From IMG/VR virus record IMGVR_UViG_3300005239_000190: a DNA stretch of 35,580 nucleotides. One strand, written 5' to 3'. Positions within the stretch are counted from its first letter, which is position 1; every line of letters starts with the position of its first letter. The notes under the pieces were generated by a model. That model was given only the letters and a program-made list of their open reading frames with translations. It did not search any database and was not told the origin of the DNA. The translations under genes and the position numbers were made by a program. The DNA is from an uncultured virus (IMG/VR IMGVR_UViG_3300005239_000190). Taxonomy: Duplodnaviria > Heunggongvirae > Uroviricota > Caudoviricetes. This document shows, piece after piece, positions 1 through 9,527 of this stretch.

Positions 1-18
1 ATTTTACCTTTTTTATCT

Positions 19-2187
19 CTAACTACCTGTTCCGTTTCTTATTTTTTTAATACGGTCTAAATTTGCATAAGGCATTACCTTAGATTTACCCCACACTGGC
101 GCAGAAGCTCTTAAAGCGTTATTTGAGCCGTCGTTAAAAGTGGCTATCATTAAAGCCCTCGTGTCAGGATCAATGTCCTGCTTATTTAGATTTTCAAAAA
201 ACTTAGTTACAAATGTTTGAGCTGCTTTAATATCGGCCGCATTAGACTTGTAGCCTTCTTTAAGCATTCCCACCTGTACGCTTGCTGGTGGTAGTTTATA
301 TTTTCTTGTTATAATTTCTCCACTTTCCAGCGTTATTTTGTTGGTTTCTATAGTTTTTATTTTCTTGCCATCTGGAAGTTTGATTGCTTTCAATAAGTTA
401 TTTTCAATATCAACTTTTCCGCTAAATAAATCAATACCACCTCTACTTCTTTCGCTTTTAACAAGTTTTCCATTTTCAAAAACAAATCCCTTTCCAATTG
501 CCCCTGATGCTGAATAGGTTGGCTTAGTAAACGTCCATAATAATTGCAACCCTTCCATGCCTAGCTCATCCACTATTAATTGAGAGTTTTCAACCACCGC
601 TCCTCGGCTAAGAAGTATAGTGCCCTCATCATTACTCAAAATCGATATAGCCTTACTTCCGCCTACTAATTTTTGTAGTGCCAAAGCTTCATCTGCTTGA
701 TTGGATATATCAACTAGTATTTGTTTAAACGCTGGGACCGGCACGCTCTCAGCTGCCTTACTAACAGGTTTGAGTCTGTTGGCAAACTGTTCGGCAACCC
801 CATCTATAATCTTAGGGTCAAAATCAAGCGCTCCATACGTTGTTAAAAATACTTTCTTAATATTACCCTTGCTAAGATTTTTAAGGCTCATTATGCGATC
901 AAAAAACAAATCTTTATTTAGATCAAATTTAAATCTTTCAGTAGGGTCCATTCTACCAACAGAAAACTTACCTCTGCCTGTTTGCTTTTCAATTTCAGCA
1001 ACCTCAGCTTCTTTAGCTAAACCACTTTCTCTCAGTACTTCTGGCAATACATCAAAAGCAGCTTCTTCGGCAATAACGTCCGCAAACGAGGTTTTACGTG
1101 CATTTCGTACATTAGTGGGTTTATCGTTAGCCTTTAAATATTCAGTGCCTTCTTTTTTAACCTGACCATCATAGGCTCTTTTCTTAAACTTACGATTGTT
1201 TGCATATTTGTTTGCAATACGCTTACCTCTTATAGCTCCTCGATCAATAGCATCATTATAAGCCTCGACTTCCGCAACAGACATATAATCTGGTGATCCG
1301 TCCTCATTTGTAATTTCTTCCATTAAAAATGAAAACCTATCTGAAATGGTAGACTTAGGCATTATGCTATACACATTCTGAAAGTTTCTATCTACAAACG
1401 AATCGTAATTAGCACGCTTCTCTTTATTACCAACTTTTTCTGTATTGTCAAAGTTAGCCCCGCGATCCATAATACTTTTGAATAAATTACCCAGTTTATT
1501 ACGCATTGCATTAGCAAGCTCAGTTCTAAATTTTTTACTACCAATAGGTGCAGTAAACTTAGTTGTAGCGTATGCTACCTTAACACCGTCTTTTACTTTC
1601 TTTTGAACTTGATCAGATATTGATACTGGATTTCCTTCTTTATCAAGAACAATAACCTCATCGGTTATCTGTGGAAATTCTTTTTTAACTTCTTTAGCTT
1701 CCCGCTCTTTTCTTTTTAAAGTATCGTCAGCTTTTTCTTTGCCTACAAGTTCTCTTCTTCCTGGTTCAGAAGGTGCGGCTTCTACGGTAAGTTCACCAAA
1801 GCCTTTTGTTTTATTAATTACGCCTTGTAATCTATTGTCTATTTGACCAAATATGTAACTACTAAGCTTTGTTCCGCCTTCGGGATTGTATGATTTTATT
1901 AAGAAAGGTATACCATCATCTCCTTTTTGAATACCTGTTGCGGTTTTATTTATTATTTCATCTTTAAACTCATCATATCTAGGGACTTGATCTCTTGATC
2001 GCATTCTGTATGCTACATAGCTTTCATATTCCTGCCCTACAAAATAACCTAATACTAATTTAGTATCATCAGGCACAGCATCCCATTGTTCTTTTGTAAA
2101 GTTTGGCTTGCCATCTTCATTTATTCTTAAATCTAATCCATAAGATTCTGCTCCAGTGTTAAATGCTTGATTTCCTTTTTGAAACAT
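19..2187 (-). CDS. C-terminal segment of a giant virion (ejection/polyvalent) protein; contains a sigma-70 region-2-like segment
   Basis: 722-aa ORF whose frame stays open upstream of the ATG to 2268 (KGPKKSSLKGKPSFSAPNSFNADDKSR). Removing one A from the A5 run at 2266-2270 joins it to the 1431-aa ORF. It may continue past the left edge in another frame (ETEQVVRDKKGK). Confidence 0.6.
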   Translation of the reverse strand: MFQKGNQAFNTGAESYGLDLRINEDGKPNFTKEQWDAVPDDTKLVLGYFVGQEYESYVAYRMRSRDQVPRYDEFKDEIINKTATGIQKGDDGIPFLIKSYNPEGGTKLSSYIFGQIDNRLQGVINKTKGFGELTVEAAPSEPGRRELVGKEKADDTLKRKEREAKEVKKEFPQITDEVIVLDKEGNPVSISDQVQKKVKDGVKVAYATTKFTAPIGSKKFRTELANAMRNKLGNLFKSIMDRGANFDNTEKVGNKEKRANYDSFVDRNFQNVYSIMPKSTISDRFSFLMEEITNEDGSPDYMSVAEVEAYNDAIDRGAIRGKRIANKYANNRKFKKRAYDGQVKKEGTEYLKANDKPTNVRNARKTSFADVIAEEAAFDVLPEVLRESGLAKEAEVAEIEKQTGRGKFSVGRMDPTERFKFDLNKDLFFDRIMSLKNLSKGNIKKVFLTTYGALDFDPKIIDGVAEQFANRLKPVSKAAESVPVPAFKQILVDISNQADEALALQKLVGGSKAISILSNDEGTILLSRGAVVENSQLIVDELGMEGLQLLWTFTKPTYSASGAIGKGFVFENGKLVKSERSRGGIDLFSGKVDIENNLLKAIKLPDGKKIKTIETNKITLESGEIITRKYKLPPASVQVGMLKEGYKSNAADIKAAQTFVTKFFENLNKQDIDPDTRALMIATFNDGSNNALRASAPVWGKSKVMPYANLDRIKKIRNGTGS

Positions 2188-2257
2188 TCTGCTTTTGTCA
2201 TCAGCATTAAAACTGTTTGGCGCGCTAAATGATGGTTTGCCTTTTAGCGAAGACTTT

Positions 2258-5200
2258 TTAGGGCCTTTTTAACTTTCTTTTGTATACGTTTGCCAATCTT
2301 ACCTTCTCTAAGTCAGCGTACGGTTTAGCATGTAATTTAAAGCGCCGNNNNNNNNNNNNNNNNNNNNNNNNNNNNNNNNNNNNNNNNNNNNNNNNNNNNN
2401 NNNNNNNNNNNNNNNNNNNNNNNNNNNNNNNNNNNNNNNNNNNNNNNNNNNNNNNNNNNNNNNNNNNNNNNNNNNNNNNNNNNNNNNNNNNNNNNNNNNN
2501 NNNNNNNNNNNNNNNNNNNNNNNNNNNNNNNNNNNNNNNNNNNNNNNNNNNNNNNNNNNNNNNNNNNNNNNNNNNNNNNNNNNNNNNNNNNNNNNNNNNN
2601 NNNNNNNNNNNNNNNNNNNNNNNNNNNNNNNNNNNNNNNNNNNNNNNNNNNNNNNNNNNNNNNNNNNNNNNNNNNNNNNNNNNNNNNNNNNNNNNNNNNN
2701 NNNNNNNNNNNNNNNNNNNNNNNNNNNNNNNNNNNNNNNNNNNNNNNNNNNNNNNNNNNNNNNNNNNNNNNNNNNNNNNNNNNNNNNNNNNNNNNNNNNN
2801 NNNNNNNNNNNNNNNNNNNNNNNNNNNNNNNNNNNNNNNNNNNNNNNNNNNNNNNNNNNNNNNNNNNNNNNNNNNNNNNNNNNNNNNNNNNNNNNNNNNN
2901 NNNNNNNNNNNNNNNNNNNNNNNNNNNNNNNNNNNNNNNNNNNNNNNNNNNNNNNNNNNNNNNNNNNNNNNNNNNNNNNNNNNNNNNNNNNNNNNNNNNN
3001 NNNNNNNNNNNNNNNNNNNNNNNNNNNNNNNNNNNNNNNNNNNNNNNNNNGATAACCTAGCGTGTAAATTGTCCGCATATTGCTTTTGCTTTTCCGGCGT
3101 GTCAAAAACACGATCATCAATAGCGTGCGCTACCTCATGGACTACAGCTGTTGCTTGCAATATATTACCTTCTTTTATTGCGGCTTCTGCACGATCTTTG
3201 TTAAAAGTAATATACTTATTATCGTATATATAACCATTGCTACCCTCTTTTTCTAACGATGCGTATATCTCATTTTTAGCATCCTCATCTAAATCTGTAT
3301 CTTCTAATAGCTTTTGAGCCTCTTTTTTATTAGACACTTCTAATATTTTTAAATCAGCAGTATTTACTATATCTGAAGATGCTTTTGCTGTAGTACTTAA
3401 AGTTATTGCTCTACCTTTATTAAACATAAGGTTAGCGCCAGCATTAGCGTATGCTTTTTCTTTTGCTGTTTTAGACAAAGGCTTGCCTTTAGCATCTACT
3501 AAACTTTCAACTTTCTCAACAATAGCGGGTGATTCTTTAGCTATCTTAACGTGGCTTAGCCTTTGCTCATTTCTAATTTCATTAATAATAAAAGCAAGCT
3601 TGTCCTTTCTATTTAAAGAACGATATTCATTTGCTTTATTAGTATCGGTTGTTTCAAGCTTTTGCTTTATTCTTTTCCCGGATGGGCCTAGCGAGTTTTC
3701 AACGCGATCATAATTAACATCTTTTTTAAGCTGATCTTGTTGCTTCTTAATAGTAGCTCTTCTAATGTCAAAATTTTCAGCCTGTTGGTTTTTGCCTTCT
3801 TTCTTTAGTTTGGCTTTATAGTTATTTACTTTTTCTTCAGCAATTGTCGGAGTGTCTTCTGGTCTTACGCCAGCTTCAGACATTAACTCTTTTTCTAATC
3901 TTCCAAGGCCAAGTAGTTTCTTTTGATTATCACCACCCAATGCTATTGCATCAACCTCCAATCCCGTAACAGCAAAGCCTTGCTCTTTCATTTTAGTAGC
4001 TAACTGAGCAATAAGTATGTCTCTTGAGCTCGCGTCTGTGGACCCTTGTATACTTATACTTAAGTCTTGTATATCTTGGGTTAAACCGTTAATATCTTTT
4101 TGAAACTCTACGGTGGCCGCGTTGTTCATCAATGCGGAGTACGCTACGCCGGGAGTGGACATTGCACCTGATGTAATAAAAGCAGATACAGCGGTATCGT
4201 CAATCTGACTAAAGTCCATGTCTCTGCCGAGAATAAGCCCTTCACTAAGCACGGTGTCGCCAAGGTATATAATTTCTTCTTCAAGTATTTCTCCGCCTAG
4301 TCTTTTTCCAAGCTCAAGCCCTGCCATGCCAAGCTTTTTCAAATTACTTCTGTATAAAAAGTTTGAAATATTTATACCGCTTTTTGAAAAGTCTTTAATG
4401 GCTTTTAACGAGTTAGGGGCAGTACCTATAAATGATGTTACTCCACCTTCAATAAAACCAGTTGCCCATGCGGCATTTACAATTTGTTGATCCGTANNNN
4501 NNNNNNNNNNNNNNNNNNNNNNNNNNNNNNNNNNNGTTCTTAAACCAAATAAACCAGCTCTACCTTGCGCCAATGCTTGATCGTAAGTAAGCATAGTTTC
4601 AAATTGCTGATTTTTTCTTTGCAGTCTCTCCTGTTCTTTAACTGCATACTCGGATCCCCCTAATACAGTTGGCACAGCCAGCGCTAATCCAGCAAAAGCA
4701 TCGTTAAGATCTTTAGCCAGCAATGCTCCCGTGTCATATTCTTTCATGCTAAGATCAAAAAGCTCGCCTGGTGTTAACTCTCTGTCTTGTCTTTTTTGTT
4801 GGAATTGAGCAATATCTTGCACGTAGTTTTGTGCACTTTGATTGTAATCGGCTTGAGCTGACATGGTAGAATTTTGAAGCTTATACCATTGACCCATTGC
4901 CAAGTTTACCTCTTTTTGCTCTTTTTCGGATAAGCCCTTTTTTGTTTGAGATGCGGTAAATACGTATTGACCGTCAACATTGTCTACTTTAAATTCAACA
5001 TTTGGGGTAGATTTTGATATTCTTTCAGCTTCACCAACAATAGTTTTAGCAATATAGTCGCGAGTTTTAATCAACTCCTCCTTATATTCTTTCTTACCTT
5101 CTTTGTATAAATCAACATCTTCTTTGTCAAAACGATAAGCAAGCTTAAGTAAATTAGCTTTACCGGATTCTTTCATCATGGCTTCCTGTATAGTCACCAT

Positions 5201-6553
5201 GCGCGAATCTAATTCTGATGTTTTATAGTTTTCGTAACCTTGACCAAATATGGATTTTAGCAGTTCAGGTGTAAGCTTTGCCTTAATTTCTTCAGGCAAA
5301 TCGCCAAGATCGGTCTTATATTGTACGTATTCTTGGGGGGACATGGTATACGAGGAGGTCGCGGATCCATATGTGGTATATTTTGTTTTACGCTTGTCTT
5401 TTCTATTGTCTATATAGTTTTTAACAACCTCGGCCTCTTCATTTGTAAATCCTAAACCTAATTTTGGGTCACTTAATGTAAAAGCCAACCTTTCCGAAAA
5501 TTTACCAGAATCTAAGTAGGCTCTGGTCATATCTAACTCATCTACTTTCTTGCCTTCTGCTTCTTTTCTTTTTGAAATTTTACTTTCAAAAGCTTCATAA
5601 GCTTTAAAAGAATTGTTTTTAAGAACATCTTCGTCTTCAGGGGTCAGATTGTTATTAAAAAAATCAGCTAAAGTATTTTTGTTTAAACCAGATTGAATTA
5701 CTTGACCGTCTTTTTTAATATCAAATACAGTAACAGTAGTTGGATCTTGTCTAATATCAGCAGCGGGTAAAAAATCTACATTCGTACTTATTTCATAGCC
5801 GGTACCGTTAAGACCATAGTTCAATTGCTCAATATCCGCTTTTTCTGTGCCTTGCTCAAATCTATCTATAAAAGTATCTACAACCTGAGACCCATACTCT
5901 TCGGCTGTAAGCGTTTCAAATGAATTTTTTAATTGATTAATTTGATTAGCCGTGCTTAACCTTTCTTCGTATGACGATGGTTTTAAATTTATATATTGAT
6001 TTTCCCCTGTTGTAGGATTTTTATACATAACAGCATTTCTAATGTCTGTTTGCATTATTTGAATAGGATATTCTTTTTCTAAAATAGACTCAACCGTTTC
6101 TTCTGTTTCCATTACCAAACTAAATGGATCTTCCAAGCTTGGGCCTTTTTCAGGTGAAAAAACAGCGTTTTTTTCTTGTTGTATTTCGCGTTTTAGTGTT
6201 GATATTTTTCTACCAATAACCCTTGCGCTACTTCCTCTTGCAGATTTCTGTGCCAATAAATACTCTTCCAATCTGGATTCCAAAGCGATAAGATTTTCCG
6301 ACTTTGGCACTTTCATTTCTACAGGATCCTCCTTTTCCACAGTTACAATCTCGGATGCTTTTTCCGGTGTTATTGCAGACACTACACTCGCATCCGTTGT
6401 TGCAGTGTCCGTTAGCTTTTCCGCTTGCTCGTCTTCACTTACAAGGGTATAACCCGATAAAGCAGCGTACTCGGGAACTGACATCCCATTCATTTTTGCC
6501 CACGAATCCATCTGTTCTACCGTAACGGTATTACCATTTGCGTTTTTATACAT
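2258..6553 (-). CDS. Giant internal virion/ejection protein, N-terminal part, with a zincin HExxH motif
   Basis: Long ORF spanning N gaps 2348-3050 and 4497-4535. It has Gly/Ala-rich hydrophobic helices (AFAGLALAVPTVLGG, AAWATGFIEGGVTSFIG), coiled-coil stretches and VVHEVAHAID at 3125-3139. It is the last and largest gene after the tail genes, the usual position of podovirus ejection proteins. Confidence 0.65.
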   Translation of the reverse strand: MYKNANGNTVTVEQMDSWAKMNGMSVPEYAALSGYTLVSEDEQAEKLTDTATTDASVVSAITPEKASEIVTVEKEDPVEMKVPKSENLIALESRLEEYLLAQKSARGSSARVIGRKISTLKREIQQEKNAVFSPEKGPSLEDPFSLVMETEETVESILEKEYPIQIMQTDIRNAVMYKNPTTGENQYINLKPSSYEERLSTANQINQLKNSFETLTAEEYGSQVVDTFIDRFEQGTEKADIEQLNYGLNGTGYEISTNVDFLPAADIRQDPTTVTVFDIKKDGQVIQSGLNKNTLADFFNNNLTPEDEDVLKNNSFKAYEAFESKISKRKEAEGKKVDELDMTRAYLDSGKFSERLAFTLSDPKLGLGFTNEEAEVVKNYIDNRKDKRKTKYTTYGSATSSYTMSPQEYVQYKTDLGDLPEEIKAKLTPELLKSIFGQGYENYKTSELDSRMVTIQEAMMKESGKANLLKLAYRFDKEDVDLYKEGKKEYKEELIKTRDYIAKTIVGEAERISKSTPNVEFKVDNVDGQYVFTASQTKKGLSEKEQKEVNLAMGQWYKLQNSTMSAQADYNQSAQNYVQDIAQFQQKRQDRELTPGELFDLSMKEYDTGALLAKDLNDAFAGLALAVPTVLGGSEYAVKEQERLQRKNQQFETMLTYDQALAQGRAGLFGLRXXXXXXXXXXXXXXTDQQIVNAAWATGFIEGGVTSFIGTAPNSLKAIKDFSKSGINISNFLYRSNLKKLGMAGLELGKRLGGEILEEEIIYLGDTVLSEGLILGRDMDFSQIDDTAVSAFITSGAMSTPGVAYSALMNNAATVEFQKDINGLTQDIQDLSISIQGSTDASSRDILIAQLATKMKEQGFAVTGLEVDAIALGGDNQKKLLGLGRLEKELMSEAGVRPEDTPTIAEEKVNNYKAKLKKEGKNQQAENFDIRRATIKKQQDQLKKDVNYDRVENSLGPSGKRIKQKLETTDTNKANEYRSLNRKDKLAFIINEIRNEQRLSHVKIAKESPAIVEKVESLVDAKGKPLSKTAKEKAYANAGANLMFNKGRAITLSTTAKASSDIVNTADLKILEVSNKKEAQKLLEDTDLDEDAKNEIYASLEKEGSNGYIYDNKYITFNKDRAEAAIKEGNILQATAVVHEVAHAIDDRVFDTPEKQKQYADNLHARLXXXXXXXXXXXXXXXXXXXXXXXXXXXXXXXXXXXXXXXXXXXXXXXXXXXXXXXXXXXXXXXXXXXXXXXXXXXXXXXXXXXXXXXXXXXXXXXXXXXXXXXXXXXXXXXXXXXXXXXXXXXXXXXXXXXXXXXXXXXXXXXXXXXXXXXXXXXXXXXXXXXXXXXXXXXXXXXXXXXXXXXXXXXXXXXXXXXXXXXXXXXXXXXXXXXXXXXXXXXXXXXXXXXXXXXXXXXRRFKLHAKPYADLEKVRLANVYKRKLKRP
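2348..3050. other. Assembly gap (others at 4497-4535, 8695-8714, 11304-11323)
   Basis: Runs of N. Confidence 1.
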
Positions 6554-6566
6554 ATTAAATTATATT

Positions 6567-8069
6567 TTAAAGATCCTTTGTTTCCCCGCCCATGAAGGTT
6601 CTAAGCCTTGTTAAGTTAATAACATTTTCGCCCTTTTTGTTTTTCTTATATAAAGGAACGCTAAAATCTGGGTTTGCCATTGTTACACCACTTTTTGTTT
6701 GAAGCAGTTGATACTGTTGAACGCCATCCACATCAACAAGTTTAAAATTCGCGCCTTTTCCATCAAAACGCCCGGATATAATAGGTGCAGTTGCTTTTAT
6801 AGCAGCATCAACCTTATACATAAAGCCTTTGTCTTTTTCATTAACTTTTGAAGTGCTTACCGCCATCGGCCGCGGTGCATACTTGTGTATAGCATTTTCT
6901 GCTAACCATCTTTTTGCAAATTCATCTTGAGTTAATTTTAATTCATTGCCAAATACGTCTTTATAGATTTGAGATTCGTCTCCCTTGGGGTCAAATACAA
7001 ATTTCCCTTGATCATTAGTATATCCTTTAACTTTATATGTTTTTTTGGTTTTGTTTTTAGGATCCCAAACGGCATCTTGACCCGTGATACCTTCACTGTC
7101 AACACCAATTACATCATTCCATAAGTCTTCCATGTCTTGCTTAGCTTCAGGATCACCTGTTAGGTAGTTGTATCCAGTAGCAGCAATATTATCTATAGCG
7201 GCTTTTCTTCCAATAAGTATTCCGTTTTCATCTTTTTTCCACGCAAGGTTCCTTATTTCTGTTTTACCGTCCGCTGAATTACTTGTTTCGTAGTCGTAGT
7301 ACGCGCGAACTGGGTTTTGGGGAGTGCCCAATAAGGCAACGGCTCCTTTGTCTTCATCCTCAGTGTTTATTATTTCTCTAAAATAATTAAACGGTTCTGC
7401 CCCATTTTTAGTAACACGCATATATTCATCTACATTAAATACATTTTGTACATTACCATCTTTGTCATCATTATATAAATAGAAAACACCGTCTTTATCT
7501 GTAATCTTAACATCTCCCCCTTCTATTAATGACAACAATAACTTTTGTTGTTCAGTCGGAACACCGCCAGCAATAGCGCCAGGTGTGCCAAATGGTTTAT
7601 TTAATGCAGTTTTTAATTCATTAGCCGCTGCAAGAATTGAGGGTGCAAATGTTTTGTATTTATTTACCGAAGCATTAATTTCCTCTAAAGCCCTTCTGCC
7701 TACGGCTGGATCTAGACCGCTACTGGGGTTATTCATAGCGTCTTTAATATCAATGTATTTATCCATTAAGCCATACAGCATTTGGTTTTTGCTTTGCTCA
7801 ATAATTATTAGCAAGTGTCTATTTTAGCTACTTGATCATAAAGCAATTCGTTTCTTTCATTTCTATTTTTAAAAGCTCTAGTTGCTGTTGTTTTCATAGC
7901 GAATATCTCTCCCTAATCTGTATACCAGCGGCAATACTTTGTCCAATAGACGCAATATCACGACCCATATTAGTCCAGTTTGGAGTGGCTGTCTTCCGGG
8001 TCCGCTACTCTTGCGTGATATTTTACGTGCTTTTATCGTAGGGGCGTTCCAATTTATTGTGTTTGCCAT
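6567..8069 (-). CDS. Putative internal virion protein (~500 aa), 5' end broken by apparent frameshifts
   Basis: The 415-aa ORF 6567-7814 has only a TTG start. An ATG at 8069 (MANTINWNAPTIKARKIS) and overlapping open frames in 7815-8069 (TATPNWTNMGRDIASIGQSIAAGIQ; RNERNELLYDQVAKIDT) link to it if a few single-base indels are assumed. Confidence 0.55.
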
Positions 8070-8085
8070 ATTGATTTTTTGTTTA

Positions 8086-8694
8086 TTATAATCCTGGTAT
8101 TGCTGAACCAAGTATACTTCCACCCATTGATGCCATTCCGCTAAAAGCAGACGCTTGGCCGGCTTTCGCTGCTGCTCGATTTGCTAAAGCTTGTTGCCTT
8201 TCTCCCGCTAAACGCCCAAGGTCGTTTTCGTCTCGCTGCTCTTTCATTTCAAATTGATAAGCTTTACCCTGCGCTTCGGCAGACTGAAGTCTTAACTCGT
8301 CTTGCAAAGCAACGTTCTGCATTCGCACTGCTTCTGCGGCTTGTCTTTCTTGTAGCTTTTGGTCACCTTCGGCTTTCATTTTTTCATTAGCGGCCTCTTG
8401 TGATTCAATACTTGAAGACACACCTCTTTTACTTTGTAACGCGGCTTGCGCTAACGCGGTTGCTCCCCCAGCACTTGCACCAGTAGCCATAAGAGTGTCA
8501 AGAGTATTTGCTAAGGCAAGATCCGCTTCCTCTGCTTGAAATTCAGCGGCTTGTGTTGCTACGCTTAAATTAGCATAAGGGTTACTCATAGTGTTCTGTA
8601 AATCCTCAGCCAAACCAGTTACGCTTTCAAAATTTTCATATGGGTTTATAATTGCTTGTCTGTTATTTTGAATAGCCTCCATGCGCAATCTTGC
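8086..8694 (-). CDS. Ala/Gln-rich putative DNA-ejection protein, paralog B (start hidden in N gap; no S74 tail)
   Basis: Frame is open up to the gap (ARLRMEAIQNNRQAIINPY). It aligns closely with the upstream paralog (QAEEADLALANTLDTLMATGASAGGATALAQAALQSK) and ends GGSILGSAIPGL*. Confidence 0.7.
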   Translation of the reverse strand, partial: ARLRMEAIQNNRQAIINPYENFESVTGLAEDLQNTMSNPYANLSVATQAAEFQAEEADLALANTLDTLMATGASAGGATALAQAALQSKRGVSSSIESQEAANEKMKAEGDQKLQERQAAEAVRMQNVALQDELRLQSAEAQGKAYQFEMKEQRDENDLGRLAGERQQALANRAAAKAGQASAFSGMASMGGSILGSAIPGL

Positions 8695-8714
8695 NNNNNN
8701 NNNNNNNNNNNNNN

Positions 8715-9524
8715 ACCTTTACCGAATAATTTATTTATATACTCAAAAGCATATATATTTAAACCTGATGGTGACACACCAATTAGTTTGATATTCTTTT
8801 TAAGTCTTCTGTCTGATATAGCTGCTCCTAATATTGATCCACCAGCACTGGCTAATCCTCCAAAAGCAGCTGCTTTTCCCGCTTGAGCAGAAGCCCTGTT
8901 TGCCGCGGCCTGCTGTTCTCTTCCGGCTAATCTAGACAATTCGTTTTCATCCCTTTGCTCCTCCATTTCAAACTCATAAGCTCTACCTTGTGCATTGGCA
9001 TTTTGCAGTCTCATAGCATCCTGCATCTCTGTGTTCTGCATTCTAACTGCTTCATTATATTTAGCTTGTTGCGCAGCTTGCTCTCCTTCTGCTTTCATTT
9101 TTTCATTAGCGGCTTCCTGCGTTTCAATACTAGCGGAAATACCTTTTTTACTTTGCAATGCAGCTTGTGCTAATGCTGTAGCCCCGCCGGCACCAGCTCC
9201 TGTCGCTAATAATGTATCTAATGTGTTTGCCAGTGCAATATCAGCTTCTTCAGCCTGCATCTCTGCCGCCTTAGTGGCAACTCCAAGTTTGCCAAATGGG
9301 TTTGAAAGCGTGTTGGTTAAATCTGAGGCTAGATCTGTTACACTAGACATTTGATCGTAAGGATTTATTATGTCCTGCCTGTTGTCTAATATATAGTCTT
9401 GTCGCGCTCTTGCGCTACTAGCCCTTCTGCCAGCCTCTCTTGCTGCTTTACCTGCCGTAACGGACCCTGCTACTGCTCCACCGACTGCTAAGGCGCCACC
9501 TACGACTGCTGCTACTACTGCCAT
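8715..9524 (-). CDS. Ala/Gln-rich putative DNA-ejection protein, paralog A, with a C-terminal Peptidase_S74 intramolecular chaperone domain (end hidden in gap)
   Basis: Hydrophobic Gly/Ala N-terminus (MAVVAAVVGGALAVGGAVAGSV) and coiled-coil body, followed by SDRRLKKNIKLIGVSPSGLNIYAFEY, the SDxRLKxNI autocleavage signature. Confidence 0.75.
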
Positions 9525-9527
9525 AAT

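Noticed and set aside
2280..3233. ORFs of 317 aa and 270 aa spanning the large gap
   Set aside because: They are artefacts of N runs lacking stop codons.
19..6553. Virion RNA polymerase as in crAss-like phages
   Set aside because: No DxDGD/DFDID-type catalytic motif is visible in the sequenced part (LDFDPK does not fit). It could lie in the gap or beyond the window, so it is not claimed.
7878..8123. 81-aa ORF with an apparent hydrophobic segment (LIWVVILRLL)
   Set aside because: That segment is the off-frame reading of the IASIGQSIAAGIQ module; the region is better explained as the frameshifted 5' end of the downstream gene.
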